Below are positions 25,065 through 34,402 of a stretch of 34,837 nt of DNA, piece by piece (position 1 is the stretch's first letter; the number at the start of each line of letters is the position of its first letter). This stretch comes from Octopus bimaculoides. Lineage: Eukaryota. The notes under the pieces were generated by a model that saw only the letters and a list, made by a program, of their open reading frames with translations, had not been told where the DNA came from and did not search any database. The DNA lies in the NCBI RefSeq assembly GCF_001194135.2, contig NC_069000.1, positions 3,404,512 to 3,439,348 on the forward strand, read 5' to 3'. A program made the translations under genes and the position numbers.

Positions 25065-25380
25065 ATGATTGTTCCGGGTTCAGTCCGACAGCGTGACATT
25101 TTGGCCGAGCGTCAGCAACAATAGCCCCGGGCCTACCAAAGACTTGTGAGTGGATTCGGTAGACGGAAACTGAAAGAAGCCCATCATATACATACATGTA
25201 TTTGTTTGTCTGTGTGTTTTACCTCACCTCTCTTAAAAACACTTTGACAACCGGTGTTGATGTGTTTACGTCCCCGTAACTTAGTGGTCGGCAAAAGCGA
25301 ATAAGTTTTCGGCTTAAAAAATAACTCCTTTCAAAGCGGTGCTCCAGTACGGCCGCAGTCAAACGACTGACAGAAATAGA
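25065..25380 (+). mobile_element. SINE family A, nearly full length
   Basis: B-box-like GTTCCGGGTTCAGTCC, GTAGACGGAAACTGAAAGAAGCCC, TTGACAACCGGTG, GCGGTGCTCCAGTACGGCCGCAGTCAAA. Confidence 0.85.
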
Positions 25381-25742
25381 GGAGCCGAAGAACTACGTAG
25401 AGTAGCTTTGCTAAACAAAATGATGTGTGCGGAAGGTTAAAATGTAGATTGACCTGAAAAATAGTGAGATTTGTTAGCTCTCCGCAGCTGCCTAACGGAT
25501 GTCACCGTGGTTTCGACGTCACAACGGATCCTGTTTCCCTTCAATATTGCGAGATTATTTCACTCTTAGAACAAATATGTAGTAATTCGTTAACCAAGCG
25601 AAATTTTGCCAGGATACAAAATTGCAACTAGCAAACAGTTACACCAGACAATATCTTTTGAGGGATAGGAGCGCTACAATGCAGTGTAGATAGTAGCTTC
25701 ATAAACTCATCATGCATACACACACATTTATACGTACTCTTG

Positions 25743-25777
<35 letters not shown>

Positions 25778-26261
25778 ATAATTATAAATACACACACACT
25801 TACATATATGCATATATATATATATATACACACACATACATTTACACACATACACATGTACACACACACACATGCTAGTATGCTATCTATTATGTGACCG
25901 GCAGCTTGTTAAGTATACTTACGCCATAATGGAAAATTTCAGGAAATAGCGCACAACAATTTTAATTTATCAATTTCTTCATATTCATACAGTATAATGA
26001 AACGATTATTAATTTCCAAAAGGTACATCTTTATTACTTTTTCATTTAATCATTATCTTATACCCCTACTTCACAGTTTCTATGGTTCTTTCTCTCTCAC
26101 TGTAAGTTTCACGTTCTTTTACTCATTGCCTGCCATCAAGCTTAGAATGTGCACTCATGCGGCAACTCCTTGCAACTTAATCTGTATCTCTTTAAATCTA
26201 TTGGTCATCTCTCTCTAAAATGTAAAATGTGAGTGGAGAAATGAATGAACCAAACAATATC

Positions 26262-27163
26262 TATTATTATTATTGTTCAGTAGTTTTATTTTTATAACGT
26301 GCTTTCACTTCACTACCGAGCGCAGCTCTGTGCGCCTTGGGTATGTGCTGTGGTTTGCTGTGGTGCTTTTATGTTTACTGTATTGAAAGTGTTTTGCGTA
26401 GAATGTGTGCAGTACCCAGTACTGCAATTTTCTGTATGTTACATATATTTGTAAGTCCTGGTATTTTTGTTATGTATTTGTCTGAGTATTTTGTAATTAT
26501 ACCTAAGGCACCTACTATGATAGGAATTGTTTCTGTTTTTAGACTCCACATTCGAGTTATCTCTATTTCCAGGTCTTTGTATTTTGAAAGTTTTTCCATT
26601 TCTTTTCGAGAAACGTTGTCATCTGCTGGTATTGATACATCAATTAGANNNNNNNNNNNNNNNNNNNNNNNNNNNNNNNNNNNNNNNNNNNNNNNNNNNN
26701 NNNNNNNNNNNNNNNNNNNNNNNNNNNNNNNNNNNNNNNNNNNNNNNNNNNNNNNNNNNNNNNNNNNNNNNNNNNNNNNNNNNNNNNNNNNNNNNNNNNN
26801 NNNNNNNNNNNNNNNNNNNNNNNNNNNNNNNNNNNNNNNNNNNNNNNNNNNNNNNNNNNNNNNNNNNATTCCATAGTGTTGGCATAGCTTCCAGTGTATA
26901 TAGGTCCCAGCTCTGTCGTGTCTGTGAATATATTCCTTCTTAGCCAGGACTGGGCAGCCAGAGATAATATGATTTATTGTTTCTTGTCGATCTCCACATA
27001 TTCTACAGTTACTTGTTATATTTCTTTTCATTATGTGTTTTTGGTAATTTCTGGTGGGGAGGCTCTGGTCTTGTGCAGCAATTAAAAATCCTTCAGTCTC
27101 TGCTTTGAGTCCTGAGCTTCTCAGCCATTGCTGGGATTTTTCTCTGTCTATTTTATTGTTAAG
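26262..27163 (-). mobile_element. 5'-truncated R4/Dong-type (RLE clade) non-LTR retrotransposon, 3' end of ORF plus 3' UTR and (AAT)n tail
   Basis: Minus frame extends upstream of the ORF-track start: NNKIDREKSQQWLRSSGLKAETEGFLIAAQDQSLPTRNY, then CCHC knuckle CRICGDRQETINHIISGC, RHD motif, and after a 219-N gap LIDVSIP...KEMEKLSKYKDL...PIIVGALG (restriction-like endonuclease region; the PD motif would fall in the gap). Stop at 26375, ~100 nt UTR, tail reads (TAT)n on + at 26262-26274. Confidence 0.92.
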
Positions 27164-27330
27164 ACAACGAGCTCACAGAATCGTTAGCACGCTGATCGAA
27201 ATGTAGGTCGACTTTGCCTTTCATCCTTTCGGCGTCGATGAGATTAGTACCAGTTACATACTGTGGTCGATGTAATCGACTTAATTCCCTCCTCCCAAAT
27301 TTTAGCCCTCGTGTCTTCAGTATAAAGGAT
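27161..27330 (+). mobile_element. SINE family B with internal deletion, (TTA)n tail
   Basis: GAGCTCACAGAATCGTTAGCACG...GGTCGACTTTGCCTTTCATCCTTTCGG...GTCGATGTAATCGACT; tail 27329-27368. Confidence 0.85.
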
Positions 27331-27367
27331 TATTATTATTACTATTATTATCATTATTATTATTATT

Positions 27368-27415
27368 AGGGCGGCGAGCGGGCTGAATTATTAGCACGCT
27401 GGATGAAATGCCTGG
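27368..27415 (+). mobile_element. SINE family B head fragment
   Basis: GGGCGGCGAGCGGGCTGAATTATTAGCACGCTGGATGAAATGC. Confidence 0.7.
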
Positions 27416-27417
27416 TA

Positions 27418-27707
27418 GGGTGGGAGGGGCAATCGATTAGATCGACTCTAGCACGCAACTGGTACTTAATTTATTAACCCCGAAAGGATAAGAGGCAAAG
27501 TCGACCTCAGCGGAATTTGATCTCAGAACGTAAACACAGACGAAATACCGCTAAGCATTTCGCCCAGCGGGCTAACGTTTCTTTTGTACTCTAGGCACAA
27601 GGCCCGAATTTTTTGGGGGAATGGGCCTGTTGATTAGATCGACCCCAGTACGCAACTGGTACTTAATCTATCGACCTTGAAAAGATAAAAGGCAAAGTCG
27701 ACCTAGG
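27418..27707 (-). mobile_element. SINE family B dimer (both monomers incomplete)
   Basis: Two successive reverse-complement B bodies joined at 27571-27600. Confidence 0.85.
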
Positions 27708-27713
27708 TGACCA

Positions 27714-27932
27714 GAACCGATTGTCGAGTGGTAGTGGGACACACACACACACACTCACAAACATATATATATATGACGGCATTCTTTCAGTTTATGTCTA
27801 CCAAATCCACTCAAGGTGTTGGTCGGCCCGTGGCTATGGACAACGCTTGCCCAAGGCACCAAGAAGTGTAACAGAAAACGGAACCCTGTGGTTGGGAAGC
27901 AAAGTTGTTACCGCACAGCCACACCTGCGCCT
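27714..27932 (-). mobile_element. SINE family A 5' half including tRNA-like head
   Basis: Minus strand AGGCGCAGGTGTGGCTGTGCGG (A-box-like) ... CCTTGGGCAAG (resembles the CORE-SINE motif). Confidence 0.8.
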
Positions 27933-28183
27933 TGAGAGTGAATTTGGTAGATGGAAACTGCTTGGAAACTTCGCGCGCGCGCATGCGCGTTTACCCACCA
28001 CCCACCGCTTCACAACTAATGTTAGAATGTTTGCCTCCCTATAACTTAGCGGCTCCACCAAAGGGAACGTTAGAATGAGCACCAGATTTAATACGCAATT
28101 GGGTTAATTTTTTTTCCCCCTAAAACTTCTGAAAGTGATGCTACAGCATGGTTGCAGTCGAATGCATGAAACAAGTAAAAGAT
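27933..28183 (+). mobile_element. SINE family A, diverged 5'-truncated copy abutting the previous copy head-to-head
   Basis: GAATTTGGTAGATGGAAACTG...ATAACTTAGCGG...GATGCTACAGCATGGTTGCAGTC...GAAACAAGTAAAAGA. Confidence 0.75.
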
Positions 28184-29159
28184 TCGGTGCATGATATTAA
28201 CTGTACCGTTTTTAATTATTATATTTCTTCATAAGTATGAGAAGCAATAATCATATCGGCCAGAATCTTATTAGTTCATGAGATGATGTGGTTCTGACGT
28301 GGCTAGTTTTCCATTTATTATCCTTCATTCTGTCAGTCAGACAATGATTCACCAACTCATTCGCCATTAACATGGGCTTTCATTCATTATTCATTCATTG
28401 TTTCACTCATTCATTCTCTTAATCTCTCAATCATACACCAATTCAATCTTACACACAAACAGTCATACATTCAGTCATATACGAACACCCACAAATGTGT
28501 TCTTTTGAGCAGATAATCATCATTGATTTTTAAGGATCCGTTACCTTCGTCGCCAGGTAATAAATATTTATTTATTGAAGTCCATAAATATTCCTGCTTT
28601 TCATTTGCCTTCCTTTGTCTCCACAGTTCTACACAGAAATGTCATTTCTTGCCTGACTACGTTAGTTTATAGTTTCGGTTTATCTCGATATTTTCTCGCC
28701 GATCGAAGAAACTCCTTCATATTTTCCAAACCGAAGTCTTTGTTGTATGATAGGGCTGAATCATCTAGATCCTCCACCCGACACCACCCGAATGGAAATG
28801 GTCAGAGTGAATGATAAGATGGCATGAATTAGCTAACGCCATCCTTTTGGACGCAGCAGCGTCAAAAACCTGAACGTCTCTAAACTTACACCGCAAACTA
28901 GTTGCAGAAACGAATGCCCCCAACCTGATTTTCACCACCCAGAAATGAAGTGCTCAGAAGGTATATACATGATAAGTACGACCAATTTAGTCCAAGAAGC
29001 TGAGCTTATGGGAATTAAACTTTTAGTGTGGTCATATTTGCTTTCCCTAGAGGTCGAAGAAATTTCGTGGTAAAGTGGGACTTAGGGGCGTTACGAAACA
29101 CCACCTAATATGTCTTCTTTTTACTGGCGCGGTAGTCTATTATTATTATCATCATTATT

Positions 29160-29350
29160 AAAATGCTCAGCAGCATTTCGTACGACTTTACGTTCCGAGT
29201 TCAAATTCCGTCGCGGTCGACTTCGCTTTTCATCCTTCCGGGGTCGATAAATCAAGTACATTGAAACACTGGGGTCCATATAATCGACTTGTCCCCTCGT
29301 CCAAAATTTCAGGCCTTGTGCCTATAGTATCAAGGATTATTATTATCTTA
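29160..29350 (+). mobile_element. SINE family B, 5'-truncated, between (ATT)n tracts
   Basis: AAATGCTCAGCAGCATTTCG...GAGTTCAAATTCC...CATCCTTCCGGGGTCGATAAA...GGCCTTGTGCCTATAGTA, then ATTATTATT. Confidence 0.85.
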
Positions 29351-29405
29351 TCGTTCTCTTGAAATTTTGCGCTAACTGCAACCCCCACCCCCGCTATGCT
29401 TCACT

Positions 29406-29702
29406 CGACATTCTTTCGCTTTTAGTGTGACAAGTGTCAAGTTTGTGCAAACTGATTTCGCGATATAATACGTTATTCTCGGCAAATGCATAAACACAAG
29501 CAAATCCTAAAAATACGAAAAAATATGTATATGCATTTGTGTGTGTTCTTGTTTGTTAATCTCCAGCACACGAAAGACATTGCCCGACACAAAAATATAT
29601 AAAAATGAAAAATTGTCCGTAAACTGGCGAGAATGACGTCATGTGTCGGTAAATCAGCTGGCACAAGTTTGACACTTGCCATACTTAAAATGAAAGAATA
29701 GC
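29406..29702. mobile_element. MITE/foldback-like element with ~80 bp imperfect terminal inverted repeats
   Basis: 29410-29489 and 29620-29699 are inverted copies (core CAAGTGTCAAGTTTGTGCAAACTGATTT vs CAAGTGTCAAACTTGTGCCAGCTGATTT, 24/28); flanked by direct CTTCACT at 29399-29405 and 29703-29709. Confidence 0.65.
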
Positions 29703-30219
29703 CTTCACTGAATTTTTCAACAAAACAATCAATCTCTTCTGCTTGGACAGCACCCAATTAAAATTCTCATAACGAGTTCTCGGTATAGACAATAGTGCAA
29801 TGTTACAATCACATGCTGAAGCAAGGCTGTCGTTGAACGAAGTTTCTCGACTAATCCCACTTAGAAGATGTTGGCGAGTAACTTCTCTTCACAGAACGCC
29901 ACCCGTTCTGTAATTCTCTCACTGGCAAATTTGTATTTTTTTCCCTATTTTTTTTCTGTTGCGGTTCTTTTAAGAGCAAATTAGCCTGCGCAATTTGTGC
30001 ATAGCTTTCAGTGATAAAAATAAATGAATATTGCGTGCGTAAGTGTGTGTAGAAATCATTTCTGAAGCGTATGTTATCAATTGTTAAATATTCAAATGTG
30101 TATCAACATTGCTTTATGTAGGTGTGTGTGTACATTTGGGCTGAAAGCAAACTTGGAAACGATGCCGCTAAATAATTTACCCTAGAAGGTAAAATTTCTG
30201 TTCTTTCACCGCCTTAACA

Positions 30220-30295
30220 ATAATAATACTTTCTACTACGAGGGGCACAAATCCGGAAATTTTTAGAGGAGGGGTGAGAAGTTGATTACATCGAT
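30220..30295 (-). mobile_element. SINE family B 3' fragment
   Basis: (AAT)3 then CTTTCTACT...GCACAA...GATTACATCGA. Confidence 0.55.
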
Positions 30296-30955
30296 GCTCC
30301 TCCCATTTTAACCTCCATTAACTGAAGTAATTTTGTTCTGAGCTGGAACAGAGAAAACCCAGAAAGTCTCAAGCATAAGATACCTGTGATTAATTCCCCC
30401 ATTTCTCTTCTCTTAATAACATCGCTGGAGAGAGAAAGAGAATGGCCCTTTCTTTCGACTCACAATTAACTATTGTAATCTTGTCTCCGCAACTTCACTC
30501 TGGTTTAATTTACGTGTGTTACAAATAATGCATTGCTTTAATTTGTTAACGTGAGTGGTGTGTGCGTATGCGTGGACATTCATGTGTGTTCTTCCTATTC
30601 CCAAATTCATTTTTAAAATTCTATTATGTCAATATATTTTTCTGTGTGACAAAACACACAAAAGACGAAAAAAACGAACGCGTATTTCAAATAATTTTTA
30701 TGACAAAAATAACTGTATGGAAAAGAAAGTTGGTTGGGNNNNNNNNNNNNNNNNNNNNNNNNNNNNNNNNNNNNNNNNNNNNNNNNNNNNNNNNNNNNNN
30801 NNNNNNNNNNNNNNNNNNNNNNNNNNNNNNNNNNNNNNNNNNNNNNNNNNNNNNNNNNNNNNNNNNNNNNNNNNGTGGTAGACATTATTTTTACGTTTTA
30901 ACAAGAAGGAAAAAATTACAACGTCAACAAACTACAAAAAAAACCCCCCACTTAC

Positions 30956-30963
30956 CGTGTTAG
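30956..30963 (-). other. Candidate 8-nt microexon, or donor site of a longer non-coding exon
   Basis: CTTAAC..TTTTGTTTCTTCCTAAAG|CTAACACG|GTAAGT. Confidence 0.25.
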
Positions 30964-31214
30964 CTTTAGGAAGAAACAAAATTCAATGGTTAAGTATATC
31001 CCTTGTTTGCAAAGTAATCCAAAAGTTTGAACAGAAATCTTTCATTTACGTTTGTTTAGTCCAAGAGCTTTCGCAGCTCAACAGAAAACAAATCTCACAA
31101 CGTCCACAAACCAAATGCATAGAAGAATGTGTGTGAACAAACCATTTCTTTTCTTTTCTTTTCTTCTTTTTTATTTAATAATTTGCTGCTGAAGGTGAAT
31201 TTATCATTAACGCA

Positions 31215-31340
31215 TGTAAGGTGAGCAGCTGGCAGCATCGTTAGCACGCCAAGCGAAGTCCTTAAGTGTATTTCGCTGAGTTCAAATTCCGCTGAGGTCG
31301 TTTCTTTCTTTTTTTTTTTCCTTTCATCCTTTCGGAGTAT
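31215..31340 (+). mobile_element. SINE family B 5' half
   Basis: GCTGGCAGCATCGTTAGCACGCC...GAGTTCAAATTCCGCTGAGGTCG...CCTTTCATCCTTTCGG. Confidence 0.8.
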
Positions 31341-31528
31341 ATTTGTCTTATTACCTATACAGGCTATACAAAGAAAGTTTGTCGACGAATACAAAACATA
31401 AAGACAATACAAAACGAGACAAAACACAAACTTGTGGAACTAAAAATTTACAAAAAGAAGATGAAACAAGAAGAAAAAAATAAAAGAAACGAATGATAAT
31501 ATGAAAGAATGAAAAGGAGGCGCAATGC

Positions 31529-32382
31529 CCACTCGACCCCCGAAGTCGAGTGGTTACATTTTTTCCAGTCAGAAATCACATTATTATATTGTTTTCCAGT
31601 CTTTCCCTTTATCACATTAAAAGAACCTTCATTTTGACAACTTCATTCCTTTTAACACATCGTATTCAACTACTGAAGGTGGAGTCTCATACAACCGAAA
31701 CCCTTTTATCACTTTCATACGTCCAAAAAATCCATCCATAAATCTCTCGAACTTTTCATCGGGTACCATAATACCCCGATCATCCGCATCGAATTCTTCT
31801 CCTGACAATTTCACTCTCACCAGTCCCTTTCATTCCGCAATTTTTTCTCTGCATCCACACTCTTCTCACACACTACCATGGAATCCTTGTATTTACATTG
31901 TTCTTCTGCTTTTTCCTCTCTCTTTTGCATAGTTTTGGCTTCACATTTTTCCTGACCTTTCTTTGGTTCTACTGAATTCTACCTTGCCTTTGTTCTCTTC
32001 CCTTTTTTGCGGGGTGACAAATCTGTCACTCTTTTCCTTCTCTTTAACTTCCTGGGTACAATCCTCCTCTTTCCTTGTATATAAATTCTCCTCCGTCTCC
32101 CTCTCCTTTTCCTTCTCACTATGCGTATACTCAAACAAGGGGCACTGAGTCTTTATGTGACCCCTCACGCCGCATATATAGTAGTTCAGCCTCCGTCCTT
32201 CCACCACCACATTCAGCGTTTTCTCCTCCTCAACCTCAATCTTCTCAATGTCTTCAAATGTAGCCAAAAGCCACATTCCAACTCCAAACACCCAACAGGT
32301 TCCAGTTCGGGGTCACCATCGGTAGCAGCCAAAATAGCGGCAACCTACCACTCAGTGGTACTCTAGGTATCCTGATTCAGAC
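31529..32382 (-). mobile_element. Decayed ORF1/gag-like coding remnant with CCHC zinc knuckle (L1/Tx1-like ORF1, inference)
   Basis: Interrupted frames: V*IRIPRVP..EW*VAAILAATDGD; IEVEEEKTLNVVVEGRRLNYYICGVRGHIKTQCP (knuckle with first Cys changed to Tyr); K/E-rich linker; RVKLSGEEFDADDRG...YETPPSVVEYDVLKGMKLSK*. No RT or endonuclease follows. Confidence 0.7.
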
Positions 32383-32383
32383 A

Positions 32384-33400
32384 CTGAATCTTATGATAGG
32401 AGACAACAGGATGATACAGGGAGAGAAATGGACATTGATGCCAAACTGTTTGGATAAACGAATTGTCAGAATTAGGGTGGGAAGTATCCCACCGTGGATA
32501 GATCCAGAGTGGATAAAAGCGGTGATTTTTTTATTCGGAGATAAGGAAGGAAAGTGAAGAGGTCAAGATGGGAATGGTAGGCTGAACCCAACAAGTGAAG
32601 TGTGGGGTGGTGCTACGGATAAGAAATGATTTGTGCGGTGAGTCCGAAATATTACAACGAAATACCTGAAACTTTGGAGCTACTGAATGAAGAAAAGCTG
32701 GAGATGATGTTGGAGGAGAGAGCCCCAAAGTGTTACGAATGTGGTAAAAGAGGGCACTTGAGAAAGAAATGCCCTAGAGAAGCAGTGGAAAGTGTAGAGG
32801 ACAGCATTCAGGAGAATATAATGGTGGAGAAACAGCAGAAATATGTAACAGAATAAGACGGGAATTTTGCGGAGGTGAAAGCAAGAAAAAGCGAGAGGAA
32901 GAAATCACCGATGATAGTGGAACTGAAGAAGTACAAAGCAATGGAAGTGGTAACCCAACTTATGACAAGAAACGGGGAAGATTCACCAGAAGGATCATTA
33001 GCGAAGGACTTATAAGTACATAAACATTCAGACTCAAAGACACACAAACACAACACATACATACAAACGCACAGAAATATTGACACACAGATACAAGATA
33101 TCTTAGAATCACCTAAAAATATAGACACACAGACGCACAAATACACAAATACACAGACACAGATACAATCATAGGAAAGCCAGGAATTACAGAAATACTC
33201 AGACAAAAACACAAACATGAAAAACACAAACAGAAGTAAGGTTTATAGTGAAATATAGGACACCCAAAAGTTAAAAGAATTTCAAAATTGAAAGACATTA
33301 TGAAAAAGGGAATCTACTGGGGCCCAAGGTGGGTGTTGAACCTCGCACGTAAGTGGTGAATTATGTGGACGAAAAGGAGAAGATGAAGTGGTAAGTCGTG
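32384..33400 (+). mobile_element. Decayed ORF1/gag-like coding remnant with intact CCHC zinc knuckle
   Basis: Interrupted frames: IVRIRVGSIPPWIDPEWIKAVIF; IPETLELLNEEKLEMMLEERAPKCYECGKRGHLRKKCP (CX2CX4HX4C at 32731-32772); K/E/T-rich low-complexity continuation with stops to ~33400. No ORF2. Confidence 0.75.
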
Positions 33401-33749
33401 ATTTATTTTAAAGACGATGAAAGAGTGAGGAAAACATGGGGTTAAATTTTGGGTTTTAAAAATGAAAAAGAAAATAAGTAAATCCTATAACTATTGAAAC
33501 GTTTTCTTTAAAATTGTAAGGTGAAAAGGAAAAGGGAAGTTGCGGTTTTGTCTCGGAGCGCGGTTGGAAATTGTTATTTAAAATGTAAAGTTTTAAGGGA
33601 AAAACGAAATCACGGTTTCATCTATTTATTTAAATACGTATTTTCTTAAGAAGAAATTTTTTTGGCCCATGTTGTGTGTGAAACTTATGAGTGGATGACT
33701 CAACAAGTAGAAAAATCTAGGAGAAGGTAATAGGCTATCGTTGGTTATG

Positions 33750-34402
33750 CACGTATATTTGGTTTCGAATCCGCTGATTTATGATAGTTGTCAGTTATAA
33801 TTTGGCTGCTGACTTTTTTTTATCATGATATCCAAAAATGGGAGCTGTGAATTGAATGTTACTATTTATATCATTTAGTGTTGATTTGAAGTCCAGCAGT
33901 TTATCAATGGTCTCCTTCATAATCACAAAACAGTCATTCAGGTATCATTTCCAGCTTTCTCTTATGCAATGGTGAAATGGGTGACCATGTTTTTGAAGTG
34001 ACACTTTATATATGGTGAATTCAATATAACCCATTATGAGGTTCGGAAGAACAGGGCTGCTTCGTTCCCATCGCAATTCCGCATTTTTGACGATAGTATG
34101 TGTCATCAAATGGGAAATAATTGTTCTGGAGTATAATTTTTAAAGATTCAATAATAAAGATCTGATTTATGCGTTCCGGGAGTACTTCGGTGTACTTTTC
34201 CAAACAGAATTTGATTGCTTTTATTCCATAATCATGTGGGATATTGGTGTAAAGATTGATAACATCGAAGAAAACCAATAATGCCTCTTCATTAATTTTT
34301 TTTAGCTCTAACATATCTAAATCGTCTCCAAAGAAACTTTTGGAGTATTTCAGCAAAGTTTTCAGTAGGATGTCTAGAAAATTGATTAGGCTGTGGGATT
34401 CG
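33750..34402 (-). mobile_element. Decayed Penelope-like element reverse transcriptase fragment
   Basis: NFLDILLKTLLKYSKSF..LLVFFDVINLYTNIPHDYGIKAI..IILQNNYFPFDDTYYRQKCGIAMGT; after frameshifts: NLIMGYIE, W(K)*YLNDCF (degenerate YxDD, 33933-33944), LNDINSNIQFT, LPFLDIMI, TDNYHKSADSK. Motif order matches PLE RTs; stops and frameshifts show it is inactive. Confidence 0.9.

Noticed and set aside
25495-25535. Minus-strand GAAACCACGGTG with short stems
   Set aside because: No core heptamer and GUG is not a cleavable triplet.
300-25897. ORFs made of YIYI, CVCV, THTH, LSLS, RERE repeats
   Set aside because: Translations of (TA)n, (TG)n and (GA)n microsatellites that lack stop codons.
27870-27932. 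tRNA gene (A- and B-box-like motifs here and in SINE-B heads)
   Set aside because: No cloverleaf can be drawn and the boxes are contiguous with SINE bodies; they are SINE promoters.
1771-30963. Long ORF-track entries containing X runs (e.g. 13135-14132, 20302-21303, 23235-24786)
   Set aside because: They are open only because they cross N-gaps; the exception is the R4/Dong ORF, which has real motifs on both sides of its gap.
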